Shown piece after piece: positions 46,996 to 58,272 of a DNA stretch of 64,000 bases. Source of the DNA: Candidatus Poribacteria bacterium (lineage in GTDB: Bacteria > Poribacteria > WGA-4E > WGA-3G); assembly GCA_965205015.1 (NCBI GenBank), contig OZ242029.1, positions 2,560,001-2,624,000 on the forward strand, in the 5' to 3' direction. How positions within the stretch are numbered: position 1 is the first letter of the stretch; each line of letters begins with the position of its first letter. The position numbers and the translations under genes are program-made. Under the pieces are notes generated by a model. It searched no databases. It saw nothing but the letters and a program-made list of their open reading frames with translations, and was not told the origin of the DNA.

Positions 46996-47913
46996 ATGAA
47001 TCAGATGGCGAAACGAGAGCGATCTACTCGAAAAGAAAGACCCGTTAAGGGCGCGCCTACGGCGAAAGACTTTCAAGGGGATGTGCGTCCGGATTGGTGC
47101 CCAGGCTGTGGTGATTATGGGGTCCTGAGTTCCCTACAAAGTGCTTATGCCAAACTCGGCAAAGGGAATCATGAACACCTCACCGTGAGCGGCATTGGAT
47201 GTTCCTCTAACCTGCCAGGTTACATCGAAACGTATGGGATGCACACGCTCCATGGACGTTCTCTGGCTGTAGCTACCGGTGCGAAACTTGCCAATCACGA
47301 GATGAATGTGGTTGTTACCGGGGGCGATGGAGACGGATACGGTATCGGTGGAAACCATTTTGTGCACACGATGCGGAAGAATATTGATCTTCTCTATATC
47401 GTGATGAACAACCAGATTTATGGGCTCACCATCGGTCAAGCTTCTCCCACCAGCATGCTCGGAATGGCAACCAAAAGCACACCCTTCGGGAACATAGAAG
47501 CACCCCTTAACCCGATTGCTATGGCGATTGTCACGGGGGCGACCTATGTTGCCAGGGGATTTAGTGGCAACCCAAGACAGCTGACGGAATTGATGTACAA
47601 CGGCATGCAACACAGGGGATTTGCTCTTATTGATGTGTTTAGCCCCTGTATCACCTTTAATAAGGATAACACGAGTGCCTTTTTCAAACAGCGTGTCCTG
47701 GAGCTGGAAGGTCATGATCCAAGCGATAAGACCACGGCACTTGAACAAGCCGTCAAGTGGGGAGACGAGATCCCGATCGGACTGTTCTATCAAGATACAA
47801 GCCGTCCCGCTTTGGATGAAATGGAACCCGTTTTGGAAAACGGTCCCATGGCGCGTCAATCGCTCGGTATTACCCAAGAACAGGGCGACGCGATTGTTCA
47901 GCGTATGATGTAA
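46996..47913 (+). CDS. korB: 2-oxoacid:ferredoxin oxidoreductase beta subunit
   Basis: WCPGCGD, SGIGCSS, GGDGDGYGIG, NNQIYGLT. Confidence 0.92.
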   Translation: MNQMAKRERSTRKERPVKGAPTAKDFQGDVRPDWCPGCGDYGVLSSLQSAYAKLGKGNHEHLTVSGIGCSSNLPGYIETYGMHTLHGRSLAVATGAKLANHEMNVVVTGGDGDGYGIGGNHFVHTMRKNIDLLYIVMNNQIYGLTIGQASPTSMLGMATKSTPFGNIEAPLNPIAMAIVTGATYVARGFSGNPRQLTELMYNGMQHRGFALIDVFSPCITFNKDNTSAFFKQRVLELEGHDPSDKTTALEQAVKWGDEIPIGLFYQDTSRPALDEMEPVLENGPMARQSLGITQEQGDAIVQRMM

Positions 47914-48049
47914 AGACGAAAGAAAGACGGAAGGATGGAAGTGCCCTCGCAATCTTCCAACCTTCCCGTCTTCCAAAACGATAGACGGACGGGAGGATGG
48001 GAGATGGAAGAACTTCCACTTTTCCAGTCAGTATGGAATCATTGACATC

Positions 48050-48769
48050 ATGCGCCTTCGTGCTTCCCAACTCACAAAGGACTTCGGACATCGCACGATT
48101 GTCAAAGGTGCTACACTCTCCGTTCAGCCCGGAGAGGTGGTTACGATTTTCGGTCCCAACGGTGCCGGTAAGACAACGCTCATCAAAATTCTCGCAACTC
48201 TCCTGAAACCGACCTCTGGAAAACTTGAGATTGAAGGTACGGATGCAATCGCAGATGACTCGGACGTCCGTCGCAGGTTGGGGGTCGTTATTCATGAAAA
48301 TCTCGCCTACCCAGCGTTCAGTCCCTATGAGAACCTCAAGTTTTTCGGACAGATGTACGGCATTAAGCAGTTGGAACATCGTGCGACAACACTGCTTACT
48401 GAAGTCGGGTTACAGCGTTTTTTGCATGAACCCCTTCGTATCTTCTCTCGCGGCATGACGCAGCGTTTCATGATCGCGAAAGCCCTTCTCCATGCCCCCT
48501 CAGTGTTGTTACTCGATGAACCCTTCTCCGGACTGGATGCTGCTGCCAGACAGTTTGTCCTTGATCGTATCGCGCAAGAACGCCGAAAAGGCACAGGCAT
48601 CGTCATTACAACACACAACACGGAGTTGGGGTATCTTGCTGGCATACGGTTCCTCTTCATGATAAATGGGGAATTGGAAGAGATTGCAGAGAAAAATGAA
48701 ATCAAAGCAGAGACATTACTGCGCATGTATGAGAAACGGCTAACACACAACGCTCCGAGAGGACTATAG
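48050..48769 (+). CDS. ccmA: Heme ABC exporter ATPase CcmA
   Basis: GPNGAGKTT, FSRGM, LLLDEP; adjacent to ccmB. Confidence 0.82.
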   Translation: MRLRASQLTKDFGHRTIVKGATLSVQPGEVVTIFGPNGAGKTTLIKILATLLKPTSGKLEIEGTDAIADDSDVRRRLGVVIHENLAYPAFSPYENLKFFGQMYGIKQLEHRATTLLTEVGLQRFLHEPLRIFSRGMTQRFMIAKALLHAPSVLLLDEPFSGLDAAARQFVLDRIAQERRKGTGIVITTHNTELGYLAGIRFLFMINGELEEIAEKNEIKAETLLRMYEKRLTHNAPRGL

Positions 48770-48795
48770 AGCGTCTCTTTCAAAACGAGATAAAT

Positions 48796-49488
48796 ATGAA
48801 GGCATTCCGTCAGATTGGCGTGTTGATTCGTAAGGATCTTGGACTTCAATTCCGTTCAAAGGAGACGTTGGTATTAATCTTTGTTTTCAGCGTCCTGGTT
48901 GTCCTCATCTTCGCTTTTGCGTTCGGTCCGATTTTTCCTGAAAAGGTAGAACGCGGTAAATTAACCGCCAGTGTCCTCTGGGCGGCGTTCGTTTTCGCAG
49001 GAATTATTAGTTTGAACCGCTCATTCACCTTAGAACGTTCGCACGGCGCGATAGACGGGATTCGGCTCACCGGCGTTGATGCGAGTAACCTCTACCTCTC
49101 CAAAGTCGTTAGCAACGTCGTATTTCTGTTTCTGCTGGAAATTGTCATCACGCCCATCGCACTTCAATTCTTGGATCTGCTCGACGTAGTGACGCTGGGC
49201 ATATTATTGAAACTCTTCGGCGTGCTGAGTGTCGGCACGCTCGGTTTTTGCGCTGTTGGTGTCCTGTTAGCGGGCATGTCTACAAGCGCAAATGGCGGTG
49301 AAAGTCTGCTTTCCGTCATTCTACTTCCGCTCGTGATTCCCATCATTATAGGGGGTGCGAAATGCACTGTTTCACTGCTGGTAACCGGTGGATTAGAGGG
49401 CGGGTTCTGGCTGAAATTGATCGCCGCATATAGTTTAATCTTTTTAGCCGCTGCGTATCTACTCGCAGATGCCGTTATTGAAGAATAG
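48796..49488 (+). CDS. ccmB: Heme exporter permease CcmB
   Basis: LNRSFTLER, LYLSK, LLSVILLPLVIP; multi-TM. Confidence 0.88.
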   Translation: MKAFRQIGVLIRKDLGLQFRSKETLVLIFVFSVLVVLIFAFAFGPIFPEKVERGKLTASVLWAAFVFAGIISLNRSFTLERSHGAIDGIRLTGVDASNLYLSKVVSNVVFLFLLEIVITPIALQFLDLLDVVTLGILLKLFGVLSVGTLGFCAVGVLLAGMSTSANGGESLLSVILLPLVIPIIIGGAKCTVSLLVTGGLEGGFWLKLIAAYSLIFLAAAYLLADAVIEE

Positions 49489-49523
49489 TGCCTGTCAGTT
49501 ATTAAAGAAGGCAGTCATTATAA

Positions 49524-50840
<1,317 letters not shown>

Positions 50841-50906
50841 ATCCTTGTATCCACATAGGGACAGCCTTCACGTTGTCCCAAAGTATCGCCATCAAAGGGA
50901 TGCCTT

Positions 50907-51194
50907 ATGAGAGTTTTTCGCCCAATCTTGTTCTTGATCGCGCTTGCCTTACTTCTCGTGAGTGTCAAGCAATTTATGAACGGTTACAGTGACTGGCAGC
51001 AAGCGCAGCTTGCCGAGAAAGCCTACCGTGCTGAGATACGGGCATTGGAGGCGGAACGCGATCGGTTTAAGCAACGCGTCGAAATGCTACAGAACGACCG
51101 CTTAACAAAGGAACGCCTCGCCAGAAAACGCCTCGGTTATATCAAGCCGGGGGAACTCAGATTTAAAGTTGTGAAACCCGATGTGGTTCAATAA
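50907..51194 (+). CDS. ftsB: Septum formation initiator FtsB/DivIC
   Basis: TM + coiled coil + ERLARKRLGYIKPGE; follows eno. Confidence 0.85.
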   Translation: MRVFRPILFLIALALLLVSVKQFMNGYSDWQQAQLAEKAYRAEIRALEAERDRFKQRVEMLQNDRLTKERLARKRLGYIKPGELRFKVVKPDVVQ

Positions 51195-51391
51195 TTTATA
51201 TTGGATTCACAAATCCACTTAAATTTTTCTTTGATTTTTTTGAGCGTTGTGCTATAATAACGCGAAATTTCGCATGGTAGGCAACGGCACCTGTTGTGCC
51301 GATGATGTTATTAAGTCAACATTTTAAGGGAGGAGAAGATGTGAAATCCTCGATTTTTACAAATCTCTTTCGGAAAAAAGGAGAAAAGCGA

Positions 51392-51823
51392 ATGGCAGGG
51401 ATGATTCCGACAATTAGTTCTGGGGTTGCAGGACCGCTCGGCGTGTTACACCTCCCCCGATTCTGGTCGAAAGTGCTAATGGATGCTAAAGGTCAGCTGC
51501 ATGAGGATTATCCAGCATGCGGAGCAGGTTTCGATCAAATGGTGTTAGATGGACTCGGATTGGACAAAGACACTACACTGGCATACATCAGTGACAATTC
51601 TCCCACCTACCCACAGTTTGAAGCGTGGGTTTCGGAAAACGGAAGTTTTGACGATGCGGCAGTTGCTGACCTGAACGCTGCGATTTCAGGCTATAATCAC
51701 GACGATGATACCCGGGGGGGCATCCTGGGTGCAAGCGGCATTTCGGACGACGGCTCCATCTTAGATGCTGTTAATCTCAACAACCTTGATGACTGGTATG
51801 AATTGCACGCCAGTTTAGGATAG
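51392..51823 (+). CDS. DUF5069-like protein
   Basis: GVLHLPRFW.K, GFDQMVLDGLGLD; RBS AAGGAG. Confidence 0.6.
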   Translation: MAGMIPTISSGVAGPLGVLHLPRFWSKVLMDAKGQLHEDYPACGAGFDQMVLDGLGLDKDTTLAYISDNSPTYPQFEAWVSENGSFDDAAVADLNAAISGYNHDDDTRGGILGASGISDDGSILDAVNLNNLDDWYELHASLG

Positions 51824-51833
51824 ACCTTTGGAA

Positions 51834-51889
51834 CGTTTCGTGTAGGCGCGACGGAAAGACGCTCCTACACGAAACGCGCCTCTTTTTTT
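51834..51889 (+). terminator. Long hairpin (REP doublet) with T-tract; probable terminator
   Basis: CGTTTCGTGTAGG...CCTACACGAAACG followed by T7. Confidence 0.6.
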
Positions 51890-51933
51890 CCTTCCGAATT
51901 ATCTGTTCTTTCTGCCGTTAGTTTGATAACCTC

Positions 51934-53022
51934 TTAGCAACAGTCCGAGGATGAACAATTTCCACAATTGTCTGCCTCTGTTGTGAGTTCGATTGCCCTC
52001 CCCGCCTCAGAAGATTCGAGACCTGCGAGCAAAATCTCGGTGACATGCCGCGCCGTGTACGCGTTTGAGAGCGGCGGTTGTGTTCCGTCACGGATACATT
52101 CCGCGAAATGTTCGTGCATTCCGCTCGGTGCTGCATCCGAACAGTCGATCGCTTTGACATCGACCGGAGCATGTTCACGCGTATAAGAGGTGGGTGTCCA
52201 TTGACTGAGCGTCGCGCCATCTTTACCGGGCATCGTGAATTTGCCGGCTGTGCCGTGGACACTCGCTTCACCTGTACGCGCGGGATCGCACCAGCTCGTC
52301 TCTGCTGTGACAATTCCGCCCGATTGCATCTCAAGCACAAGCGTCGCGACGTCCTCTAATTCTGTCGGTTTGTCGAAGGTAGAAACGAAACCGGTCACCC
52401 GTTTGAAGGTGCCAAGCATCGCGACGAGCCCCGAAACGGCATAAACGCCCATGTCGAAAAGGGCGCCGACGCTTGCCTGTTTTGCATCGAAGAACCACAA
52501 ATCATCGCCAGATTCACCGAAGATGTCCCGAATCTCCGCGTAGTAGATCTCGGGACCGCCATGACTGCTCCGCATTCTTGCGCCCGACACCCGTCCAATC
52601 GCATCCTCCGCAATCAATTGGCGGATTTTATAGATAGCGGCGTTGAAATGTGGAAGACACATCACCGTTTTGCCACTCGCTTCGGTTGCCGCGACAAATT
52701 GATTCGCCTCATCCATATCACCACAGAGCGGTTTTTGCATAAGGACGTGTTTGCCGGCTTCCAATGCCTTGATACCCCACGAAACGTGTAAGGGGTGTGG
52801 GGTCCCGACAAGTATCGCATCAAGTGTGTCATCAGCGATAATTGCGTCGTAATCCTGTGTCCAGTGGGGTATGTCGAATTCTTGACATTGATGTCTCAGG
52901 CGGTGTTCGCGTCTGCCGCCGATGACACTCACTTCAAAATCGTTACCTTGTGCGAGGTCAGGCAGGTGCATCCGGCAAACGATACCGCCTGCACCGATAA
53001 CACCAAGTTTCAGTTTTTGCAT
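51934..53022 (-). CDS. Gfo/Idh/MocA oxidoreductase
   Basis: GVIGAGGI, KHVLMQKP, GALFDMGVY. Confidence 0.9.
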   Translation of the reverse strand: MQKLKLGVIGAGGIVCRMHLPDLAQGNDFEVSVIGGRREHRLRHQCQEFDIPHWTQDYDAIIADDTLDAILVGTPHPLHVSWGIKALEAGKHVLMQKPLCGDMDEANQFVAATEASGKTVMCLPHFNAAIYKIRQLIAEDAIGRVSGARMRSSHGGPEIYYAEIRDIFGESGDDLWFFDAKQASVGALFDMGVYAVSGLVAMLGTFKRVTGFVSTFDKPTELEDVATLVLEMQSGGIVTAETSWCDPARTGEASVHGTAGKFTMPGKDGATLSQWTPTSYTREHAPVDVKAIDCSDAAPSGMHEHFAECIRDGTQPPLSNAYTARHVTEILLAGLESSEAGRAIELTTEADNCGNCSSSDCC

Positions 53023-53164
53023 AACAATTCCTTTTTTTAATTTACTTTGCAGAGTCAGAGAGGGTGTTAAGTCCATTGCGTGCGTTTATGTCCATCCGTC
53101 CTCCATTTCATTACGGACTACGGATTTGGATGGAAGAACAGACTCCAAAACCCGTAGCCTGCAA

Positions 53165-53241
53165 CAATACGCAGAAATACCCAAGCAAAGACACCAAGCA
53201 AAGACACCAAGCAATACGCAGAAATACCCAAGCAAAAACAC
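53165..53241 (+). repeat. Nested intergenic tandem repeat
   Basis: caatacgcagaaatacccaagcaaa(g/a)acac twice at 47-bp spacing, with an internal caagcaaagacac duplication. Confidence 0.85.
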
Positions 53242-53305
53242 GCAGGCAGATTTGAGGAGGGCACGTCCACGATTCGAATTCATAGCGTTTCTCCGCAAGG
53301 TATAA

Positions 53306-53974
53306 TTAAAAAGTGGATTTCAACACAACGTTGCGAAAGGCAACAGGTCCATGGTCGCCTTGCAACATTAACGGACCTGTAGCGGCTTCATCTTCAATCA
53401 TTGCCCCGCGTGTGCAACCCACTACCTCAACATCTTCATGGATGATCTGTCCATTCCACACGACTTTGACGAAGGTAGCATTGGCAATTTTATTACCATC
53501 GGCATCGAATTTTGGGGCACGGAAGGTGATGTCGTAGGTCTGCCACTCACCGGGGGGTTTACTGGCATTGACGCGCGGCGGTACGCCATCTACGGGTTGG
53601 TTGTCGATCCAACGGCAATATACACCGCCACAGGTCCCATAGCGGAGTTCCGTTTCACCCCAGCTGTCCAATATCTGGAGCTCGTATCTCCCCATGAGAT
53701 AAACACCAGAATTAGAGCCTTGTGGTACCATAAATTCTACGTGGAGTTCACAATCACCGTGCTCAGCCTCAGTGTAGATATCAACAGTGCGTCCAGTCGC
53801 ACCGTTGTAAAAAATTCCTTCGCCTGCTGCTGTTGTCAGCAGTTTGCTATCGTCGGGGTTGAGGGCGACGCTGCCAGCAGCATCCCATTCATGTTCTGGG
53901 GCGCCGCCGCGAGCGAGCCAACCCTCCGTATTTTTACCGTTAAAAAGGTTAATTTCGTTTCCGAATTGAGACAT
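53306..53974 (-). CDS. DUF1080 / 3-keto-disaccharide hydrolase family
   Basis: LFNGK, NSGVYL..RYELQILDS, GEWQTYDI, LQGDHG.VAFRN. Confidence 0.88.
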   Translation of the reverse strand: MSQFGNEINLFNGKNTEGWLARGGAPEHEWDAAGSVALNPDDSKLLTTAAGEGIFYNGATGRTVDIYTEAEHGDCELHVEFMVPQGSNSGVYLMGRYELQILDSWGETELRYGTCGGVYCRWIDNQPVDGVPPRVNASKPPGEWQTYDITFRAPKFDADGNKIANATFVKVVWNGQIIHEDVEVVGCTRGAMIEDEAATGPLMLQGDHGPVAFRNVVLKSTF

Positions 53975-54084
53975 TAATGTCCCTCCTATATCGGTTATCA
54001 GTCGTCAGCGTCGGGAATCGGAGTTCCCTCCTACCCACAGAAGATTTCAGGGAGAACTCAGTACCCCAGCCCTACAACAAAGTG

Positions 54085-54113
54085 TTGACATATTTCACAA
54101 AATCAGGTATCAT
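54085..54113 (+). promoter_or_regulatory. Sigma70-type promoter
   Basis: TTGACA-17 nt-TATCAT. Confidence 0.65.
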
Positions 54114-54191
54114 ATCAATCATAAAGGTTATTCAGCAAGTAAGATAACCCAATGATGTAAAAGAGAAATTGAATGAGGACAAATTAAACTT

Positions 54192-55097
54192 ATGAAACAG
54201 ACTTTCTTATTTTTGGGGATGTCCCTACTGATGGGGACGGTTGTGCTTTTCGCACTTTATGGTTACGATACAACTGCGATATCGCACGCGGCACCTGTAG
54301 AGGCTGCTACGCCTAACACGACAACTCCCTTTGCTGAAGGATGCATCAAGTGTCACGGCACTGAACCTGCCTATCAAGAATGGAAGCAAGCGGGGCATTC
54401 GCATGCCCTTGTCAACCTAATTGAGGGTCCGTATGAGTTGCAAACCTCGTGCCTGAGCTGCCACTCTTCTGGCTATGAAGTTTTCAGTGATCGGGTCTAC
54501 CCAGGACATACCTATAACATAAAGACAGCAGTAAATGCCGTTGCCTGCTCCTCCTGTCATTCACACAACAGTAGATCAGAACACTTATTGGTGAAGCCTG
54601 CCAAAAAATTATGCGTCAGCTGCCACAAAATGGACTGTGGTTGTGCGGGTGCGGGTATCGTCCACCAATCGCAATCGGAGATGTTCCTCGGACGCGAAGG
54701 GGCCGGTGTGAAACGGATGCCCTCACCCCACGTGCGCGCAATGAAGAAACGATGTGTGCACTGCCACATGGCAAAAGAGGACCCAGAGACCGTCGCGCAA
54801 CACGGGGGACACACATTCAAAGCGGATTTCTCGACATGTAGCACTGCAGGATGTCACGACAGTGCCGATAACAGTATGGAGACGAAGTTACCGCAATACC
54901 GTGCCGAGATTGAGGCAAAGATGCAAGCCGTCAAAACGATGCTTGATGCTGCGCCTAACAAAACTTCGCAAGCCTATCTGGACGCAAAGTTGAACTACGA
55001 TATGGTTAAAGGCGACAGCGGATATGGACTTCACAACATACCGTATGCCAACGCACTGCTCGACTACAGCCTTTCGCTCAAAAGCGAACTTGAATAG
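54192..55097 (+). CDS. Multiheme c-type cytochrome
   Basis: Signal/TM; CIKCH, CLSCH, CSSCH, CVSCH, CVHCH plus CSTAGCH; c552-like C-terminal DSGYGLHNIPY. Confidence 0.88.
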   Translation: MKQTFLFLGMSLLMGTVVLFALYGYDTTAISHAAPVEAATPNTTTPFAEGCIKCHGTEPAYQEWKQAGHSHALVNLIEGPYELQTSCLSCHSSGYEVFSDRVYPGHTYNIKTAVNAVACSSCHSHNSRSEHLLVKPAKKLCVSCHKMDCGCAGAGIVHQSQSEMFLGREGAGVKRMPSPHVRAMKKRCVHCHMAKEDPETVAQHGGHTFKADFSTCSTAGCHDSADNSMETKLPQYRAEIEAKMQAVKTMLDAAPNKTSQAYLDAKLNYDMVKGDSGYGLHNIPYANALLDYSLSLKSELE

Positions 55098-55107
55098 GGA
55101 GTCGCTT

Positions 55108-55148
55108 GGGCAGGTACAAGACTGGGCAGGTACAAGACCTGCCCCTAC
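55108..55148. repeat. REP-like palindrome with partial tandem duplication
   Basis: gggcaggtacaagac twice, then ctgccc-ctac. Confidence 0.6.
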
Positions 55149-55984
55149 ACCTGTCCATCATCGAGTAATGTCCGCAGCGGGACGTCTTGTTCCTTGGGTA
55201 GATAATAACTGAGAGGATCACTGACGACCCCAATCAACTGCTTCTGAATTGGGTTACACTTAGCGACCAGTTCATCAGGCATCGTGATGTAATCCATCGG
55301 TTTGACCCAGCGGTAAGCGTATCCCATAAAAATGGTTTTGCGTGGCATGCCGGACCAGTTGTGTCCAATGCCGTGCCATGTGCGCTGTTCAAAGAGGAAT
55401 GCATCACCGGCGTTGACGTTCATAGAGATAGCCCCGCGTGCCGAACCTGTATCCGGGTCGAGTGGAGGTCTGCCCGTCAATCGGTTACTCCCCGGGACCA
55501 GCACGGTCGCCCCGGAAGCGGGGTCGGACTGGTCGCTAATGGCGTAGGCAATCTTGAGCATGATGCGAGGATGGGGTTCCTGCATCTCGGCATGTGACGT
55601 GCCACCGTCGCGGTGTAAGCCGATCCGGTTCTTTACCTCAGGCGGCGGTTCCTCTTTTGAGGGGAGTACAATGAGGTGAGACGTAATCATCTGGACGTTC
55701 CAATTGAGAACCCCATAGGCGAGCGGCACGGTTTTTTGCCAATCAAGGAGTTGAAGAAACGCCTCGTGATGCGTAATGCAGTTACGGAGGTTTAATTTAC
55801 CACCATTTTCAAGTCTGCCTGCGGCTTCCTCTTTGGCATAAACCTCATCAACGGCAGCATCAATTTCCGCGACGACATCAGGAGATAGGGCGTTTTTAAT
55901 CAGCAGATACCCATTGTTTTCAACAAATTCCCTATGCGCCGGTGTAAAGACTGCGGCTTGATTAAGATCTGTTATAGTATCCAT
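55145..55984 (-). CDS. Phytanoyl-CoA dioxygenase (PhyH) family oxygenase
   Basis: LHRD, VPGS, RTWH; paralogue of 7901-8749. Confidence 0.88.
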   Translation of the reverse strand: MDTITDLNQAAVFTPAHREFVENNGYLLIKNALSPDVVAEIDAAVDEVYAKEEAAGRLENGGKLNLRNCITHHEAFLQLLDWQKTVPLAYGVLNWNVQMITSHLIVLPSKEEPPPEVKNRIGLHRDGGTSHAEMQEPHPRIMLKIAYAISDQSDPASGATVLVPGSNRLTGRPPLDPDTGSARGAISMNVNAGDAFLFEQRTWHGIGHNWSGMPRKTIFMGYAYRWVKPMDYITMPDELVAKCNPIQKQLIGVVSDPLSYYLPKEQDVPLRTLLDDGQV

Positions 55985-56216
55985 AGCGTTTATCCTTTAG
56001 CGTGCTGAAGTAGCCTGAATTGTTAATCGAGATTCAAATCGTATTATGCATTATACAGGACACACCGAAAAAATTTCAAAGTAATTTTATGTTCACGATC
56101 GGTAAAAATACACGTGTTGGAAGGAAAAGTGTCCGACGGGATCCGCAACGAAGGACTCTGTTTAATCTCCATCCAAGCGCGAACAGGCGTGTCATAGACA
56201 GAAAGTATCACGTAAT

Positions 56217-58142
56217 TTGAAAAGTGAATTAACCTCAGAACCTCATAGATTCAGGGAACCCTCCAAATATGGAGCATCATGGCGAGCGATTCTACTCGGT
56301 ACAGTCCTTATTATCCCGAACATGTACTGGATTCTGGACTCTGCTGGGCAAGGGTATCCGACGACTATCTCCCTCTACTTTAACGTCATTTTCTGTGTTT
56401 TCGTTATCATAGGGGTTAATCTCTTTTTAGTCCGGATAGCCCCGCGGATAGCAATGCAGCAAGGCGAATTGCTGACGATTTATGTCATGTTGGCGATCGC
56501 TTCCTCACTCGCGGGCCACGATGTCCTTCGCGTGTTGATTCCGATGATTCCGTATGCGTTCTGGTATGCGACCCCAGAAAATGACTGGGTAGACCTGTTT
56601 CATCGGTATATCCCCGATTGGATGGCTGTCAAGGACAAATCTTTCTTAACGGAATATTATCGCGGTGAAACAACCCTTTACCAATGGGAAACTGTCCAAG
56701 GATGGTTGACAACGACTTTTGTCTGGGGAGGCTTCCTATGTGCAATGGTCTTCCTGATGGTGTGTATTAACAGTCTCGTTCGGAAACAGTGGACAGAACA
56801 CGAGAAACTGAGTTACCCCATCATCCAACTGCCGCTTGAGTTGACAAGTGGCGGTAGAACGAACTTACTGACGAATAAGATGATGTGGCTCGGTTTCGGC
56901 ATCGCCGGTGCCATTGACATCCTCAATGGCCTCCACTACCTCTACCCTACCGTACCGAGTTTGGGGGGCAGACTCTACGATTTACGTCCGTTCTTTACAC
57001 AGAAACCGTGGAGTGCCGTTGGATGGAGTCCGATAGCCGTGTTCCCGTTTGCGGTAGGCATTGCTTTCTTTATTCCGCTGGATTTATCATTCTCCTGCTG
57101 GTTTTTCTATCTCTTCTGGAAAGCAGAACGGATTTTCGGGGATGCCTTAGGGGTCCGCGGCATGCCGAATTTCCCGTTCACCGATGAACAATCTTTCGGG
57201 GCATATCTCGGCTTGTTCGTCATCGCGATTGTGGCGACGCGAAAACACCTCGCACAAGTCGGGCGGAAGTTATTTAGAAACGATCCGCGTGTTGATGACG
57301 CAGACGAACCGATGTCCTATCGTGTGACGGTTTTGGGGCTCATCGCGAGTCTTGCCTTTATCGTTGGTTTCTGTAAAACGGCGGGGATGTCTATCTGGGT
57401 GGTTCTCGTGTTTTTTGGGATCTATTATGCCATCTCTACGGCGGTGACCCGAATGCGTGCGGAACTCGGATCGCCTGTCCACGATTTGCACTTCATTGGA
57501 CCTGATGAGATGATGCCTCGTATTTTCGGGACGCGCCTGCTCGGTCCACACAACTTAACCATAATGGCATACCTGTTCTTCTTCAATCGTGCCTATCGTG
57601 GGCATCCGATGCCACACATCTTGGAGGGCTTTAAATTAGCGGAACGGACCGGAATTTCCAATCGACGGTTGCTCATCGCAATGTGTATTGCGATTGTTAT
57701 CGGGACATTTGCCTCATTTTGGGCATTCTATCATATCTCTTACATCGAAGGGGCGCGGGACTGGTTTGCGGGGAGACCTTTCAACCGGCTCCAGAGTTGG
57801 CTGACCTCACCGAGAACTCCAGATGTACCCGCAATCGTCGCAATGTGTATTGGTTTTCTCATCACCGGTTTCCTGATGGTGATGCGGATGCAGCTCTTTT
57901 GGTGGCCCTTTCATCCCGCTGGTTTCGCTATCTCCAGCAGTTGGTCGATGAATGTATTTTGGTTTTCGATTTTAGTGAGCTCGGTCATCAAATGGATTAT
58001 TCTTCGGCACGGGGGTGTGAGTGCACACCGCAAATTGATTCCGCTTTTCCTTGGTCTGATTTTAGGTGAATTCATCGTCGGTAGTGTGTGGAGCCTCATC
58101 GGAATTACAACAAATCAACCGATGTATCGGTTCCTATTTTAA
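56217..58142 (+). CDS. Polytopic membrane protein (DUF6785/DUF6784-like putative transporter)
   Basis: Many TMs; QWTEHEKLSYPI, RMRAELG, WWPFHPAG, PLFLGLILGE. Confidence 0.6.
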   Translation: MKSELTSEPHRFREPSKYGASWRAILLGTVLIIPNMYWILDSAGQGYPTTISLYFNVIFCVFVIIGVNLFLVRIAPRIAMQQGELLTIYVMLAIASSLAGHDVLRVLIPMIPYAFWYATPENDWVDLFHRYIPDWMAVKDKSFLTEYYRGETTLYQWETVQGWLTTTFVWGGFLCAMVFLMVCINSLVRKQWTEHEKLSYPIIQLPLELTSGGRTNLLTNKMMWLGFGIAGAIDILNGLHYLYPTVPSLGGRLYDLRPFFTQKPWSAVGWSPIAVFPFAVGIAFFIPLDLSFSCWFFYLFWKAERIFGDALGVRGMPNFPFTDEQSFGAYLGLFVIAIVATRKHLAQVGRKLFRNDPRVDDADEPMSYRVTVLGLIASLAFIVGFCKTAGMSIWVVLVFFGIYYAISTAVTRMRAELGSPVHDLHFIGPDEMMPRIFGTRLLGPHNLTIMAYLFFFNRAYRGHPMPHILEGFKLAERTGISNRRLLIAMCIAIVIGTFASFWAFYHISYIEGARDWFAGRPFNRLQSWLTSPRTPDVPAIVAMCIGFLITGFLMVMRMQLFWWPFHPAGFAISSSWSMNVFWFSILVSSVIKWIILRHGGVSAHRKLIPLFLGLILGEFIVGSVWSLIGITTNQPMYRFLF

Positions 58143-58272
58143 TGAAGTTGCTACTTAAACCGGATTGCGAATTAACCAAAAAACCTGTCCGAAATAAAAT
58201 AGAGGGGTTTTTGATTAAGAAACGTCCAAGCAAAAACGGTATTTCTTTAGTCCAGGAGGTTATAAATAAAAA

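Noticed and set aside
47134-47976. Long antisense ORFs (also 32849-33607, 12170-12732 and others)
   Set aside because: They overlap well-supported genes on the opposite strand and show no recognisable motifs.
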